Virus record (IMG/VR): IMGVR_UViG_3300026224_000019
Span: 1 to 36,209 of that record
Strand: one strand, 5' to 3'
Length of the DNA: 36,209 bases
Source: a virus
Taxonomy: Duplodnaviria; Heunggongvirae; Uroviricota; Caudoviricetes
A model generated the notes under the pieces. The model made no database searches and was not told the DNA's origin. It saw nothing but the letters and a program-made list of their open reading frames with translations. A program made the position numbers and the translations under genes. Positions 35,073 to 36,209 of the stretch are shown here, in pieces; the first letter of the stretch is position 1; each line of letters opens with the position of its first letter.

Positions 35073-36209
35073 GTGACCACGAAACATTGCAGTATTCTGA
35101 CAAACAGAGGGAAAGCGCTCGAGGCTGCGTCTGCGGCGGGTGGTGCGCCGGTGGTGCTGGACGGGTTTGTGGTGGGGGACGGAAACGGAAATGCTGTCAC
35201 ACCAGAGGCCGGGCAGACGGCGCTGGTCAGGGAAGTTTATCGCGGCACCATCTCACGTCTGACGGTATCGCCTGATCAGGAAAACCAGTTTATTGCGTAT
35301 CTTGTACTGCCGGAGGGCGTGGGGGGGTTTACGGTCAGGGAAGCGGGGTTGCTGACCACCGATGGTGAGCTTTATGCCGTCGGAAGTTGTGCAGCCATTG
35401 AGAAACCGGTAAATGGCGTTACCGCCACACTGCAGTTCCGGCTGGCAGTGGAAGAAAGTGCGCAGGTCACGCTGAATGTGGCGACCGGGGATGGTCTGTT
35501 TCTGCGTCAGGACAGGAATCTTTCGGATGTGGAAGACAGGGATGAGGCCGTTGAAAACCTCGGATTAAAACCCACGGTGGACAAGGCAAAAAATGCCGTT
35601 CAGCGTGATGGTGACACCATGACCGGGGAACTGAAAATCCGTGGTGTTAATGCGCTGAGGATTTTCAACGAAGCCTTTGGTCTGATTTTTCGTCGTTCGG
35701 AAGAGTGCCTGCACCTTATCCCTACCAGTGAAGGTCAGGGCGAGAATGGCGATATTGGTCCACTTCGACCGTTCACTATTAATCTGCGGACGGGTGAAAT
35801 ATCCATGTCGCATAAAGTGTCTGTTGGCGGCGGTTCTCAGGTCAATGGTGCGCTGGGTATCGGCGTTCAGAACGCGCTGGGTGGAAACTCAATTGCTTTC
35901 GGGGATAACGATACCGGCCTGAAACAGAATGGTGACGGCCTGCTGGATGTTTATGCCAATGGTCAGCACGTATTCCGTTTTCAGAATGGCGCGTTACAAA
36001 GTAACCGGGCAGTGAATGTTTCAGGACGGGTAACACCGTCAGACTACGGAAACTTTGATGCCCGTTATCAGCAGCGAAATGGCGGTGTGCAGGATATCAG
36101 GCTGGGTAGTCAGAGGGTTGACGGGCACTATGACGATGATTTTACCGTTCCTTCGGGGTATGTCGTGGTTGGTGGTGATGTTGCCCCGTCATCAGCACTA
36201 AAACTGTAT
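35073..36209 (+). CDS. Tail fibre protein (P2 gpH-like), 3'-truncated by the window end
   Basis: GTG start with GGGAGA RBS. N-terminus VVLDGFVVGDGNGN...; NALGGNSIAFGDNDTGLKQNGDGLLDVYANGQHVFRFQNG matches P2 gpH (NALGGSSIVLGDNDTGFKQNGDGILDVYANSQRVFRFQNG). No stop before position 36209. Confidence 0.8.
   Translation, partial: MTTKHCSILTNRGKALEAASAAGGAPVVLDGFVVGDGNGNAVTPEAGQTALVREVYRGTISRLTVSPDQENQFIAYLVLPEGVGGFTVREAGLLTTDGELYAVGSCAAIEKPVNGVTATLQFRLAVEESAQVTLNVATGDGLFLRQDRNLSDVEDRDEAVENLGLKPTVDKAKNAVQRDGDTMTGELKIRGVNALRIFNEAFGLIFRRSEECLHLIPTSEGQGENGDIGPLRPFTINLRTGEISMSHKVSVGGGSQVNGALGIGVQNALGGNSIAFGDNDTGLKQNGDGLLDVYANGQHVFRFQNGALQSNRAVNVSGRVTPSDYGNFDARYQQRNGGVQDIRLGSQRVDGHYDDDFTVPSGYVVVGGDVAPSSALKLY

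Noticed and set aside
1-36209. CRISPR arrays, tRNA or rRNA genes, attachment-site core
   Set aside because: No regularly spaced direct repeats or tRNA-like sequence seen; the integrase stop is at the window edge, so attL and any target tRNA lie outside the window.

Overview
This window looks like the left ~36 kb of one mosaic enterobacterial prophage, read from the sequence and ORF track alone (no database searches were run). In order: lambda-type integrase and excisionase plus a large DnaQ-like exonuclease (1-3899, minus strand); a Qin-like cell-division/immunity block with DicB-like, DicF-like sRNA, YdfA/YdfB-like ORFs and a DicA-like repressor (3991-6573); a rightward Cro-like, O-like and P-like replication module (6651-8879); a nin-like region with Ea22-like, HNH endonuclease, Hok-type toxin, DUF968, RusA and a Q-like antiterminator (8910-14662); a two-gene cargo island (TerB-like protein plus 50-aa membrane protein) between the Q terminator and the lysis genes (14937-15511); a lysis cassette (15601-17420); lambda-like packaging and head genes with a ClpP-protease/capsid fusion (18244-25046); and a P2/Mu-like contractile tail running off the window end (26684-36209). 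No rRNA, tRNA, CRISPR array or transposase was seen. The best candidates for something undescribed are the TerB-like cargo pair at the stx-equivalent position and a convergent, 3'-overlapping gene pair (zinc-ribbon ORF vs 186-aa ORF) inside the dic operon. All product calls rest on remembered family motifs and gene order, and self-derived coordinates (internal starts, hairpins, operators) may be off by a few bases.
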